Part shown: in pieces, positions 23,608 to 36,966 of the stretch
Numbering within the stretch: the stretch's first letter is position 1
Layout of the letters: every line of letters starts with the position of its first letter
DNA from: Octopus sinensis
Taxonomy: Eukaryota
Direction: 5' to 3'
Length of the DNA stretch: 64,000 nucleotides
NCBI RefSeq assembly: GCF_006345805.1
Contig: NC_042999.1
Coordinates: 14,756,001 to 14,820,000, forward strand
Translations under genes and position numbers: made by a program
Notes under the pieces: generated by a model
What the model was told of the DNA's origin: nothing
What the model saw: only the letters and a program-made list of their open reading frames with translations
Database searches by the model: none

Positions 23608-26600
23608 CAGTGGCACCATTTAATTTAAGAACGCTAATAGACTAACGTTAAAATGGCATTTGGCGGAGTTATGATGTAAGCATAATGAAATTTTCTACAA
23701 ATATGTTTCAGATCGTGTAGATTCCGATTAAATTGGAATTCATTGTGTTTGTCCCCAAAGGAGTTTTAGAAAATGTACAGAATTAGGTTTTGTTGTGTGT
23801 GTGTGTGTATGTGTGTATATGTGTGTGTGTGTATTTAGTGTGGCTGATATCCTCACTGTTTGAGAGACACATTAGGAATGATCTCGTTTGAGATTACAAC
23901 CATCTTTGGCTAGTTTGATCCTGTAGTGTCCACTGCTCTGATTGGTTGGCATTTGGTGCCATTTGTCTTTCGACTTATTTCGCGCCAGTGTGTAAGCCAA
24001 CCAATGTTCCAGTTCGAGTGACAGATGACCAGTCAGCCAACCAGCCAGGCTACTGCTCCAGCCATGAAGACGCTATTATACACCAGCGACAGACAGGACG
24101 TTCTCCATCTCCGTCGACTTCAACATGTACACATCAACATTCACACAGGTTTAGATTCACACTGTTTGTGAATATTTCACCGAGGTAAATCAGTTGCAGT
24201 CTACTTGAAGGAACTTTCTGTATCAAGAGACTCGGCACAGCATGATAGCCACAACTTCTACACGTGTAGTAACCACCCTCTTCCACGTGACCCCCAACAT
24301 CTAGTTATAGAACTTGCTATTGTGTACCTCACGAACTGGTAAACAAATTCCATCTTAACTCAATATGCTGAGACATTCATCCTATGCTCTGTATTCTTTT
24401 GTATACGCATTCACTTTCTGTCGCACACACGAACACAGAAACACTCGTCGCATGCACACATACGCTCCATCTTGCTAGCACTCCCATACATTATCTTTGT
24501 ACACATTGTAAATAAAGTTCTCTCTCAAACAGTGAGAACGGTTTGTTGTCATCATTTATTCCTTTTGACACTGTATTTTATATCATGTATTTCGCTTATT
24601 TTGTTAGGGGGCGACCGCGCGGCATTCAAAGGGAGACATTTGTCACCAACTCCTTACGTACGGTCGTATTCCGTATATATGTATATATACGTGGCTGGAA
24701 CAGTCTTGCTACATTTGCGGTACCTGCCAGAGGGAGTGTTTGTCCAGGATAGGACTACACAGCCACAGCAGGAAATGTATCAGGACATGAAATATAAAAG
24801 CCGGACTAGACTACTTTATGCGCAACTCCATTGTCTCCCGAGACAGAAAGGATGCTAACAACGTGGCTGTATACGTATTGTTTTAATTATATCTTTATAC
24901 ACGCACATACACACATAAAAAAACTGGCACACCGTCAGTTACGACGATCACAAGAATCAAAAATTTCTTCACCACTCTTCCAACTTCATTTTTCCGATTA
25001 AAAAAAGTGGGGGGAGGGGTCTTGGACGATGTCGTACGGCTGGGCTGTCTGCTAATATTGTTGAAATGCAGCATGCCACTGGCATTTCACGTATAAAGTC
25101 CAGGATTATGTGGGAAAAGTGTGAAGATCGTCAATTGACGTCTTTTCATAGAAGTATTAAAAAATTATTTGGAAATGATAAAGAGACACGAATGGTAGAT
25201 TCGGACTGTCAGTATTTTAAAACCACAAATTTAAAAAATGGGTGAGGTGGGGATTTAATTTTTTTTTTTTTTTTTTTTTCATAATCTTATAAATTCCATT
25301 ATGCAGAAGACAGAATAGTAAAAAAAAAATTGTAAAATTTCATAATAAAAAAATTCTAGGGGTTATAACACGTGCTTACGGCATTTTTTATATATTCAAG
25401 TTGTTAATTGTGAATTACGATTAATATCAAAATAAAGAAAATTTCACGAGCTTTAATATGGTAAACAACTTTACAGTGTAACATTAACACAATAATTTAA
25501 AATTAAAAATAAACTTTATTTTAGTAATTTACGTCACCACTTAATTTAAGAACGATTTGCAAAATTCCTTTTTTTTTTTTTTTTTTGGCTTTATTAACTA
25601 ATATAAATGTAGGGCAATTTGCATGCTGTTACAATTTTAAAGTTACTTAATAGATGTGAAGGATAAGAGACAAAACTTAGAGGCCAAAGCGAGAATCGTT
25701 CACCTTAGCAGGTTGAAATGGTTATATTTCAACGAAGCTGGTTGCTATCCATCTTTATAAAGAAACTAATAGTGACAAAGACCGCTCTCGGAACTGGGCA
25801 ACAAAGAAATACAACGGCAAGAATGAGTAGATGCATTCATTGCCTGTCCCCCTAAAAAAACGAAAAATGACCGCTGTTGACATTTAAAAAGAAATTCGGC
25901 AAAAATATGGACTTACCATTGTAGTGTCCACCATAAAAAAAATCGTCTCAAAGAATTTGGACTTCTAGGAAGAGTCTCTCGCAAAAAGCCATATATTTCT
26001 TTAAAAACTCGACGTGCCCGAATACATTTCCAGCAGAACGGTCGAATGTGTTGAGGTCGGACGAGTCAAATATCAACTTGTTCGACAGGGATGGCAGGAA
26101 GTATGTAAGAAGGCGTAAAAGACGAAGAATATCATCCAGAATGCATCTGAGCAACAATTAAGCATTGTGGTGGAAGTGTGATTGTGTGGATAGGAGGGTG
26201 CATGTCTGGAAAAGGCGTAGGTCCTATAATCCGAATCAAGGGCATTATGGATAGTAAGTCCTATCTAGAAATATTGGATAAGGCTATGCTTCCATGCGGC
26301 CGAAGCATGACAACGACCCGAAGCACACTTCGAACCTTGTCAGAGATTACATTAGGTCTAAGAGAGTTCGCTTAGTGCAGTGGCCGGCGCAGTCGCCCGA
26401 CCTAAATCCCATTGAAAACATTTGAGAAAGGTTAGGTAGAGCTGTGCAAAGTAGTAAACCAAAGAATGAAGACGATTTTTTAAAAACATTATTAGCCAAA
26501 ATTGGGGGGAAAATCTCAGGAACAGGGATAAATGATCTGAACAATTCTGTTTCGCAGAATCAAAGCTATATTAAGTAATTTTGGATATGCAACCAAATAC

Positions 26601-26917
26601 TGATTGCGTGAGCTTGTTATTGTTTTTTTTTTTCTTTTGTCGATCTCAGAATAAACTTTTTAAAGCAAAAAAAAAAATGCAATTTTACAATTTGTTCTTA
26701 AATTAAAAGGCGCTATAAATTACGATACTTAAAATTTGTTTTTAATTCAAAATTAATATGTTATGATTACACTGTAAAGTTGTATACCATATTAAAGCTC
26801 GTAAAATTTTCTTTATTTTGATATACATCTCCATTCACATTTCACAACTTGAATGTATAAGAAAAATGCCATTTTAACATTAGTTTACTAACGTTCTTAA
26901 ATTAAATGGCGTCACTG
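23608..26917 (+). mobile_element. Degraded Tc1-like (DD34E) transposon with long IR/DR termini, left terminus interrupted
   Basis: Termini ta|cagtggcaccatttaatttaagaacg and cgttcttaaattaaatggcgtcactg. Transposase remnants 25690-26600 (SDESNINLF.DGRKYVRR, HDNDPKH, WPAQSPDLNPIEN). Confidence 0.85.
23852..24536. mobile_element. Unclassified 685-bp element with 16-bp perfect terminal inverted repeats
   Basis: ctcactgtttgagaga (23852-23867) and tctctcaaacagtgag (24521-24536); AATAAA just inside the right repeat; no clear TSD. Confidence 0.5.
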
Positions 26918-26954
26918 CATATCTATCTATCTATCTATCTATCTATTTATCTAT

Positions 26955-27260
26955 GCGACTTCATTGGCCGAGGTTACCGTGGTCTTTTCCGTAGGCTTTT
27001 CTTTCCACGGGCAAACCCCACCTGTCCTCCCCTTTACACTTTATCTTTACATTTCTGTGATAACAATCCCTATTGATCGATTATTTTCCTTTTCCTTTTA
27101 ATTTTATCCCCCCTCCTTTTTTTTTTTGCTTACCTCTTTCTTTCCTTTTACGATCCCTTTTGATCGAAAACCAAACCTCCTTTTTTTATCCCCCAAAAGA
27201 AAAGCTCTACCTTGTGATTTGTCCCGTCTCTGTGCAGCCCTGTGTGGCTAATAAAGAAAC
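26955..27260 (+). mobile_element. 5'-truncated LINE-like 3' UTR fragment
   Basis: Pyrimidine-rich tract ending ttgtcccgtctctgtgcagccctgtgtggctaataaagaaac, inserted in a (TATC)n tract, possible TSD tatctatg. Confidence 0.5.
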
Positions 27261-27871
27261 ATATCTATGTATATATATGTATGTATGTATACATTATACA
27301 CACGAGCCCATAAATATATATAAACACATTACACATACTTTGTCCATATATACATACATATAAATACACACATTATACATGCGTGTGTCTCTATATCATG
27401 TGAGTGACTGATCTGACAATTGGATGTTACACATCGTTGGTCACAATATGTTTTGCATCATTTATTGAATGATGCCACCTCACTGGCTAAGAAAGCTGGC
27501 CATCATACCATCCTCATGCACCCAATTGAAATGCCAGTCCATTGCAGGGTGACCCGTTTAAAACTGAGAGAACTGGAGCAGCATAAAATGAACTGTTTAC
27601 TTCAGAACACAATGTGCTACTGGGTCTAGAGATTGAACCTATGATTACTAGATCGTGAATGCAACACCCAAGACACAAGGCTTCGTGTCTCACCACATGA
27701 TTTGAAGTGAAGCATTTAAAATTTTGCCAGAGAATAAATTTCCTCAGTGGTGTGCACGAGGATAATGATAGCAACAACAGTTTCAAATTTTGACACAAGG
27801 CTAGCAATTTGGGGGCACTGAGTAAGTCAAAAACATCAACCCCAGTGCTTGACTGGTATTTAATTTATTAA

Positions 27872-28284
27872 GGCGGCAGCTGGCAGAAATGTTAGCATGC
27901 CAGGCGAAATATTTAGCAGTGTTTCGTCTGCCGCTACGTTGTGAGTTCAAATTCTGCCGAGGTCGACTTTGCCTTTCATCCTTTCAGGTTCGATAGATTA
28001 AGTACCAGTTACGCACTGGGGTCAATATAATTGACTTAATCCCTTTGTCTGTCCTTGTTTGTCCTCTCTGTGTTTAGCCCCTTGTGGGTAGTAAAGAAAT
28101 AGGTATTTCGTCTGCCGCTACGTTCTGAGTTCGAATTCCGCCGAGATCGACTTTGCCTTTCATCCTTTCGGGGTCGATTAAATAAGTACCAGTTATGCAC
28201 TGGAGTCAATGTAATCGACTTAATCCGTTTGTCTGTCCTTGTTTGTCCCCTTTGTGTTTAGCCCCTTGTGGCTAGTAAAGAAAT
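27872..28284 (+). repeat. SINE-B dimer inserted into an opposite-strand SINE-B2 copy (27790-28412)
   Basis: Junction at 28103; flanked by tggta(t/c)ttaatttatt on both sides. Confidence 0.85.
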
Positions 28285-28504
28285 TGGTACTTAATTTATT
28301 GATCCTGAAAGGATGAAAGACAAAGTCAACCTCAGCAGAATTAGAACTCAGAACACAAAGACACATGAGATGCTGCTAAGCATTTTGCCCAGCATGCTAA
28401 CACTTCTGCCAGCTTGCCTTATAATAACAGATTTCATGTACACAAGTTTATTATAATCTTTCAACTATATTTTTCAGAAGGTGATGGCTGACAGAATTTG
28501 TAGA

Positions 28505-28872
28505 AAAAATTGCTTACCAACCACATGGTTCCGGGTTCAGTCCCACTGAGTGGCACCTTGGGAAAGTGTCTCCTACAATAGCTTCGGGCCAACCAAAGCC
28601 GTGTGAGTGGATTTGGTAGGCGGAAACTGAAAGAAGCCCATCGTATATATGTATATGTGTATATATGTGTGTGTGTGTTTGTCCCTCCAATATCGCTTCA
28701 CAACCGATGTTGGTGTGTTTACGTCCCCGTAACCTAGCAGTTCGGCAAAAGTGACCAATAGAATAAGTACTAGGCTTACAAAGAATAAGTCCTGGGGTTG
28801 ATTTGCTCGACTAAAGGCGGTGCTCCAGTATGGCCGCATTCAAATGACTGGAACGAGTAAAACGGTAAAAGA
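28505..28872 (+). mobile_element. SINE-A
   Basis: Plus-strand copy, first ~20 nt missing. Confidence 0.9.
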
Positions 28873-29355
28873 GAGGATACACAATGAAGGATTGGGAAAA
28901 GGGGCCACACATTGCATAGCTGGCTTAAGACACTGAATATTATGCACTGACTCTGAGGGAAGACTAGGTAGTAGTATTAGAAAATGAGAGGAATTTGAAA
29001 GATGATGGCAGTGATGATGTCAATGATTATAACAGTAATGATGGTGAAAAAATAGGTGAAGGAGAATAAAAGTGGTGGAATGCTTATGCAGCTGCTAATG
29101 TCTATTTTTTTTTTTAATCTAAGATGGCGTCACATTTCCTCATAGGGAGAAGTTAATGATCCAAAGATATGATTTGATCACTTCTTATGATTTTAGTTTT
29201 CTGCTTCCATAGACATCCTCACGCTACTTATCATCTATTCACATCACCAAAATAACCAGCTCTCTTGTAAAGATATGCCGATGCCTTTCATAAGCAGTTC
29301 TCCCCTTGTCTGTGACACGTCTCTCAAAGGCAAGAGAACCAATATACATCTAAAG

Positions 29356-30688
29356 GCGGCGAGCTGGCAGAAACGGTACCACGCCGGGTGAAATGCTTAG
29401 CGGTATTTCGTCTGCTGTTACGTTCTGAGTTCAAATTCCGCCGAGGTCGACTTTGCCTTTCATCCTTTCGGGGTCGATAAATTAACTACCAGTTACGCAC
29501 TGGGGTCGATATAATCAACTTAATCCGTTTGTCTGTCTTTCTTTGTCCTTTCTGTGTTTGGCCCTTTGTGGGTAGTAAAGAAATAGGTATTTCGTCTGCT
29601 GTTATGTTCTGAGTTCAAATTCCGCCGAGGTCGACTTTGCCTTTCATCCTTTCGGGGTCGATAAATTAAGTACCAGTTATGCACTGGGGTCGATATAATC
29701 GACTTAATCCATTTGTCTGTCTTTCTTTGTCCTCTCTGTATTTGGCCCTTTATGGGTAGTAAAGAAATAGGTATTTCGTCTGCTGTTATGCTCTGAGTTC
29801 AAATTCCGCCGAGGTCGACTTTGCCTTTCATTCTTTCGGGGTCGATAAATTAACTACCAGTTATGCACTGGGGTCGATATAATCAACTTAATCCGTTTGT
29901 CTGTCTTTCTTTGTCCTCTCTGTGTTTGGCCCTTTGTGGGTAGTAAAGAAATAGGTATTTCGTCTGCTGTTATGTTCTGAGTTCAAATTCCGCCGAGGTC
30001 GACTTTGCCTTTCATCATTTCGGGGTCAATAAATTAAGTACCAGTTATGCACTGGGGTCGATGTAATCGACTTAATCCGTTTGTCTGTCTTTCTTTGTCC
30101 TTTCTGTATTTGGCCCTTATGGGTAGTAAAGAAATAGGTATTTCGTCTGCTGTTATGCTCTGAGTTCAAATTCCGCCGAGTCGACTTTGCCTTTCATTCT
30201 TTCGGGGTCGATAAATTAAGTACCAGTTATGCACTGGGGTCGATGTAATTGACTTAATCCGTTTGTCTGTCTTTCTTTGTCCTTTCTGTGTTTGGCCCTT
30301 TATGGGTAGTAAAGAAATAGGTATTTCGTCTGCCATTACGTTCTGAGTTCAAATTCCGCCGAGGTCGACTTTGCCTTTCATTCTTTCGGGGTCGATAAAT
30401 TAACTACCAGTTACGCACTGGGGTCGATGTAATTGACTTAATCCGTTTGTCTGTCTTTCTTTGTCCTTTCTGTGTTTGGCCCTTTGTGGGTAGTAAAGAA
30501 ATAGGTATTTCGTCTGCTGTTATGCTCTGAGTTCAAATTCCGCCGAGGTCGACTTTGCCTTTCATCCTTTCGGGGTCGATAAATTAAGTACCAGTTACGC
30601 CCTGGGGTCAATGTAATTGACTTAATCCGTTTGTCTGTCCTTGTTTGTCCCCTCTGTTTTTAGCCCCTTGTGGGTAGTAAAGAAATAG
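29356..30688 (+). repeat. SINE-B heptamer (one full unit plus six 183-184-bp units)
   Basis: Junctions at 29587, 29771, 29955, 30138, 30321 and 30505; whole array flanked by TSD atacatctaaag (29344-29355, 30689-30700). Confidence 0.95.
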
Positions 30689-31254
30689 ATACATCTAAAG
30701 AGACAGGCTTGCCTTGTTCTTCAGCCTCCACAGATCAACATTCAAACGCAATGTCTCACTAACACACATCATGCTTATTCCATCCATTACCAACACTAAT
30801 TAGATCACCAAGGTAACTATATGACATTAAATTTTCATTTTATTGAATAAACGAGTACCATATATTGATAATTGGATACCTTGCTGCAGAGTGCATAGCA
30901 TCTTGTTCTCAATGATGGAAAAACAAAAGGAAGAGAATGAATACACACTTAATGCACCAACATGGCAAATATAGTTGCTAGCTGGTCTTTTATGATCAGG
31001 CATCAGGCATAGCTGATGTGTTTATTGAATTTAGAAGTTGATTACGTGGCTATTGTGATGGACATGCATTTACTAAGACCATTGACAGGGTGTATGAAAT
31101 AAATGCGCATATTAAGGAAACTTGAACGAGCCACCCTAGATTAACCATTAAGCGAAATAAGCACATGCTTAGGGCATCAAGAGAAAGGGTGGGCATCACA
31201 GAAATGGTAAATGGTTTACCATTTACCATCACTTTGAACTTGCTGAAATAATAT

Positions 31255-31480
31255 TCAGGATGCCTCATCTCTGCTAAGTATAGCTGCAGATGTATTACGT
31301 AAGATTAATTTTGAGGATCTAATCAAAGACTTTGCAGTTAAAAAGAAGTTGGAGAAAACTTTACAAACATAAATGAAGTGAATGTATATAAAAATAAACT
31401 TTTTCCATCTTAGTATTATTTTGTTCCAATTTAAAAAATAAAAATCTATTTTATGGTTTATTATTGTTTATATTTGGAAT
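31255..31480 (+). mobile_element. hAT (ZMYM1-like) transposase C-terminal remnant
   Basis: LLSIAADVLRKINFEDLIKDFAVKK resembles the end of the hAT dimerisation domain. Confidence 0.65.
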
Positions 31481-31710
31481 TATGTGGCTGATGTCAGTGC
31501 CGCCTTGACTGACTTCCGTGCCGGTGGCATGTAAAAAGGAACCAACCGATCGTGGCTGTTGCCAGCCTCCTCTGGCCCCTGTGCTGGTGGCATGTAAAAA
31601 GCACCCACTACATTCATGGAGTGGTTGGCATTAGGAAGGGCATCCAGCTGTAGAAACACTGCCCGATCAGACTGGAGCCTGGTTCTTAATATAATAATAC
31701 AGAATACATA

Positions 31711-32104
31711 GGCGTAGGAGTGGCTGTGTGGTAAGTAGCTTGCTTATGAACCACATGGTTCTGGGTTCAGTCCCACTGCATGGCACCTTGGGCAAGTGTC
31801 TTCTACTATGCCCTTGGGCCGACCAACGCCTTGTGAGTGGATTTGGTAGATGGAAACTGAAAGAAGCCTGTCGTATATATGTATATATGTGTGTGTGTGG
31901 TGTCTGTGTTTGTCCTCCCCCACCCCCAACATTGCTTGACAACCAATGCTGGTGTGTTTACGTCCTTGTAACTTGGCAGTTTAGCAAAAGAAACTGATAG
32001 AATAAGTACAGGGTTCCAAAGAATAAGTCCTGGGGTCGATTTGGTCAACTAATGGGGGTGCTCCAGCATGGTCACAGTCAAATGACTGAAACAAGTAAAA
32101 GAGT
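31711..32104 (+). mobile_element. SINE-A, full length
   Basis: Begins ggcgtaggagtggctgtgtggtaag, ends gaaacaagtaaaagagt. Confidence 0.9.
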
Positions 32105-34728
32105 AATACTTGTGTGTATAATATTTCTGATGTGTATACAAACACGGAACAGCACTATCTGTAAAATTTTGTTTCCGAGTAAAAGCTCAAAGAAACTTGC
32201 CTATTAAAAACACAGGACGTCTCTGGGAAAGCCAGTGGTAGCACACAAGTCTTTTTGAGATGTTGCTTTGAGACACCTATGGATACACAGTGGTGCAATA
32301 TGAATTGCCAGCACTTGTGGCCAGGCAAGTTATGCAGCACTTAACTTGTATACATTACATTCATCATCATCATCATTTAAGGTCCGCCTTCCATGCTAGC
32401 ATGGGTTGGACGATTTTGACTGAGGTCTGGCGAACCAGATGGCTGCACCAGGCTCCAATCTTGATCTGGCAGAGTTTCTACAGCTGGATGCCCTTCCTAA
32501 CGCCAACCACTTCGAGAGTGTAATGGGTGCTTTTTACATGCTACCGGCATGGGGGCCAGTCAGGCAGTACTGGCAATGACCTTGCTCGAATCTTTTACAC
32601 ATGCTACCATCACAGGTGCCAGGTGCCATTATACACTGGTATTTTCACTTTAGCAGTTTCTAGTGCATTTATTAATTTAACAATAATAAACTAATATATT
32701 CATTATCATAGTTTTAACAATCACTTTTCCAATGCTTGTATGGGTCAGATGGAATTTGCTGAGACAGTTTTTTTCTATGGCTGGGTGTCCTTCCTATCAT
32801 CAATCCCTACCTGTTTCAAATTAAGACAATATTTTCCCTTGGTCTGACATGTTTTCATGGAAGACTGAAAACAAACGATATCACTTGTATGACAGGAACA
32901 CTCACTTATAACTATCAAGTGATGTTAAGACAAGGACACACACACACACACACACACAAGCTTTGTTTCCACCTATGGAGTTCACTCACAAGGCTTTGGT
33001 TTGCCTGGGGCTGTTGTAGAAGACCCTTTCCTTGGGGTGTTATGTAGTGAGACTGAATTGAATTTCACATTGCTGGCAGACACGATCTCAGGAATTTTTC
33101 AAAAGGAGAGCACAGGGCCAGAAGGGAATATAATTCCAGGATAAAATGACATAACATTATTTAGAAGGGCACACTTCTTTCCTTGAGGAGATCATGTGCC
33201 CCTTCAAGCGCCCCTGCCCCCAATCTGCCCCTGGTTGGGAAACAAACGTAACCATACAGCCATGTCTGCACCAATCAAAATGGAAGGTATTTGTTATGGT
33301 GATTTCTTAGTTTTCTTCAATCACCAAATTGCTGACAAAGAGGAAAATTTGGGGGCTCAAACTATATTTCTGAATTCTTGATTTATGGAGAATGTTCACA
33401 AAATGGCTCATACACAGTGACATAACACAGGTAGGGAAACAGGGGTGGATGTCCTGGGTGCAAAAGTTTAGTGGAGTAAAATTGGATTATCATCATCATC
33501 ATCGTTTAACGTCCGCCCTCCATGCTAGCATGGGTTGGACGATTTTGACTGAGGGATGGTGAACCAGACGGCTGCACAAGGCTCAAATCTTGATCTGGCA
33601 GAGTTTCTACAGCTTGATGCCCTTCCTAACGCCAACCACACCGAGAGTGTAGTGGGTGCTTTTTACATGCCACTGGCATGGTGCCAGTAAGGCGATGTCG
33701 GTAACAATCATGCTCAAATGGTGCCCTTTTACGTGCCACCGGCACGGAGCCAGTAGGCTGCTCTGGTAATAATCACAATCAGATGGTGCTCTTCGCACCC
33801 TACTAGCACGGGCACAGGTGCAAGTAAGGTGATGCTGGTAACGATCACACTCGAATGGTGCCCTTTTATGTGCCACTGGCACAGAAGCTGGTTAGTGGAA
33901 AGTATTCAGGAAGAGGTTACAATACAAAAGTTGAAGGTAGCAATACTTGCTATGCTCCAGGCACTGTCAAATTCATGTTACACTACTGATCGTGCATACA
34001 CTAAATCTTGTTAAGCAAGTTACTCGTGTTTCCAACTAGATTTGTTTGAGTTTGGTTAATGACAAATTGTTACTTGCTGAGATAATTGCTAATTAGGAAT
34101 AACACACACACACACACATCTATCTATATATCAAAATAGGAGATTGAAAAGTTTTTGAACACACCTCTTAACCCAATCTATATAATGGGTATATACTTAC
34201 ATCTACACACACATACACACACACATACATACACACAACACACATGCACGCACACACACACACATTAATATCAAAATCATTAATACATCAAGCAAAATGG
34301 CTATATATAACCATACATTCATTTTGTTAATTATATAATCTCCGTATATATAATAATAGGCAATATAAATATTTAATGATTGATTCATTGATTTCTCCCC
34401 TCATGCTTTACATTGCATAAAGAGAGAAAAAGAGAGCAACAGAGATATAAAGTTAACATAAGAAGTGCATGAGGTTTACACATACTAGGCTTGGTGGCAG
34501 ACAATGAGTTAGAAAACACTTTGCACACACAGACAAAGAAACACAGAGACAGAGGAAGACAAGGAGAGGGAGTAAATGACATTACAGTTATGGAAGGAGT
34601 TATACAAATGAGCAATTTGTTTTAATTTTAAGGTAATCAATTTTTTTTGTTAAAATGTTAAAATTCATTTCATAATTTTGTATAAGCATTAAGAAATTTG
34701 ATAAAAGAAATTGTAATTATTGTATTAA

Positions 34729-34949
34729 CCGTTTCATTACTGTATTTACTTTGAGATGCTCTGTGTTTCATTCAATTACTTTAAATATAACAAAGAATTT
34801 AGTAAAATAACTTAGTTCTCATTCAGCTAATGTTAGGAACATAAATTGTGATTAAGGTTTGGGGGAAGATTTTAATTCAAAACTTATGAAAACAAGACAT
34901 TTGTACTACAGAGCCAGAGCTGGTTTCAGCTGGGTTGATAACGAAAGGG
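34729..34949 (+). mobile_element. piggyBac-type MITE
   Basis: TTAA-flanked, same internal sequence as 4561-4782. Confidence 0.85.
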
Positions 34950-35891
34950 TTAAGCCATGTTTGTTGATATCATCCATGGTGGTAAAAGTATACTTCCAAA
35001 GGTTACCTTAATATAATGGGTATCACTACTATATCTTGATAGTCCAGATTCACTGTTAATTGCCAGACAATTAAAAGATCCTACTAATCTTTAAATGATC
35101 CAAGAATACAAAATATATTCAGATCTTTTATGACTTTCTTTTACTTGTTTCAGTCTAGTCAGTGGCCATGCTGGGGCACCAGGGAATTTGAATGATAGAA
35201 CTAGGAGTGGTTTCATGCAGGTTCATAACAAAATGGTCAATAGAAAAATATTAAAACAACTTACTAATAAAATTGTAGTATTATAAAAATGTGATTAAAT
35301 CATATCATATGAAATTTCTTGTTTTGAAAAAAAAAAAACATGGAAGTTATCCATGAATACTACACTAGATATGCTAGAAATAGCAGCCATATCTTCCTTA
35401 AATTACATCCTGCCATCTTTAAAAAGTCACATCAGATAATGTGGTCCTACATGCTTCTAAAAGAAATGGGATTGTCATGGCTGGAATGTCTTCAATCGTT
35501 GGTATTCTTGATCAGGGTTGACCGCATTTTTTTCTTCTCATCTCTCACTCTCATGCTTTAAACTCCGAATACCTGGCATAAAACCAATTCTCCCTCTCAT
35601 TTCAAATATTACCCCCTTATAGTCGAGAGGGCTTTTACCTTTTTTTTTTCCAGTCTTGAAAGTTACTTGGCAAACTCACAAGTACCAATTTCATGAAAAA
35701 AATATCCACTACACACTGTAAAGTGGTTGTCATTAGGAAGGACACCCAACTGTAGAAACTATGCCAAAGCTGCCATTGGAGCTCAATGAAACCCTTTGAC
35801 TCTCCAGTTCTCATCAAACCATTCCATCCATGCCAGAATAGAAAAATGGACATTAAGATGATGATTACGTTTACAATTCAATTCTGTTTAA

Positions 35892-36085
35892 CGCTTTTGT
35901 TACCAACCCGGCTGAAACCGGCTCTGGCTCTGAGTAACAAATGTCTTGTTTTCATAAGTTTTGAATTAAAATCTTCCACCAAACCTTAGTCACAATTTAT
36001 GTTCCTAACACTAGCTGAATGATAACTAATTTATTTTACTAAATTCTTTGTTATATTTAAAGTAATCGAAAGAAACACAGAACAT
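35892..36085 (-). mobile_element. piggyBac-type MITE, one end missing
   Basis: ttaa|cgcttttgttaccaacccggctgaaaccggc... matches the family in reverse; the other TIR is not seen. Confidence 0.7.
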
Positions 36086-36774
36086 CTCAGAATGTACAGG
36101 ATACATCTTAAATACATACTCTGATATGCATAAAGCTTAAAGGAAACACTTTTGGTGATCATTTAACACAAGAATAATTTAATAGATAAGAGCATGGCAA
36201 TAGTTTTTAAGCACTTTGTATAATAAATGTTTGAATCCATTGATTATTTTTGTATTGATTATTGAACAATGTCCTAATTACTGGACATTTAGCTTTAACT
36301 GATTGAAACAGTGAGAGTTAACCTAAGGTTAACACTACGTTAAATGTCCCGAAGTGACTGCTTAACAATTTAACATGGTTTAACACTTTGTTAATATTAA
36401 ATGCAAGAACTACTAGACAGTATATTGTTATCATGAAATGTTATGCTGTGGCTTTCCATAATAATTCATAATTAATAAGAAATCATTTTATTATAGACAA
36501 TCAGATTTTGAAAATGCATTTAGACTCATTTATTCTTGCTTTATTTTTGATAATCAATAAAATTCTGCATTAATTATTACTTAAAAAAGAAAATAGTTTT
36601 CGTTAAGTTTAAAGATGGTAGGATACTCACTTTAAATGCTTATACACACACACATCACCCAATAGAAACATGGAAAGCAAATGTTAAACGATGATGATAC
36701 ACACACACACACACACACCACACACACACACACACCACACACACACACATACACATATATATATAGTTAATCCA

Positions 36775-36966
36775 TACATGAACAAAGAGAAAACACAACA
36801 ATGCGAAGACGTGGAATAAGTATAGTGTTATTGGACGCTGAAGAAAGGAAAGAAAGAAGGAGGATTTAACGTTTTGAGCGGAGCTCTTCGTCAGAAACAT
36901 AGAAAAAAAGAAAAAGTTCCAGGAAGGGAAGACAGAGAAAGAAAATCGCCAACAATGTGCATGCGG

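Noticed and set aside
29356-30688. CRISPR-like appearance of the regular arrays here, at 38988-40024 and at 47141-48076
   Set aside because: Units are whole SINE or MITE copies with no unique spacers, the DNA is eukaryotic and no cas genes are present.
29213-30812. Exon-like segment (strong acceptor and donor) interrupted by the SINE-B heptamer
   Set aside because: After removing the array all three frames contain stops before the donor; weak resemblance to a decayed RTE 3' end.
35007-35052. Candidate minus-strand 46-nt exon (ESGLSRYSSDTHYIK)
   Set aside because: Isolated, no linked exons and no recognisable motif.
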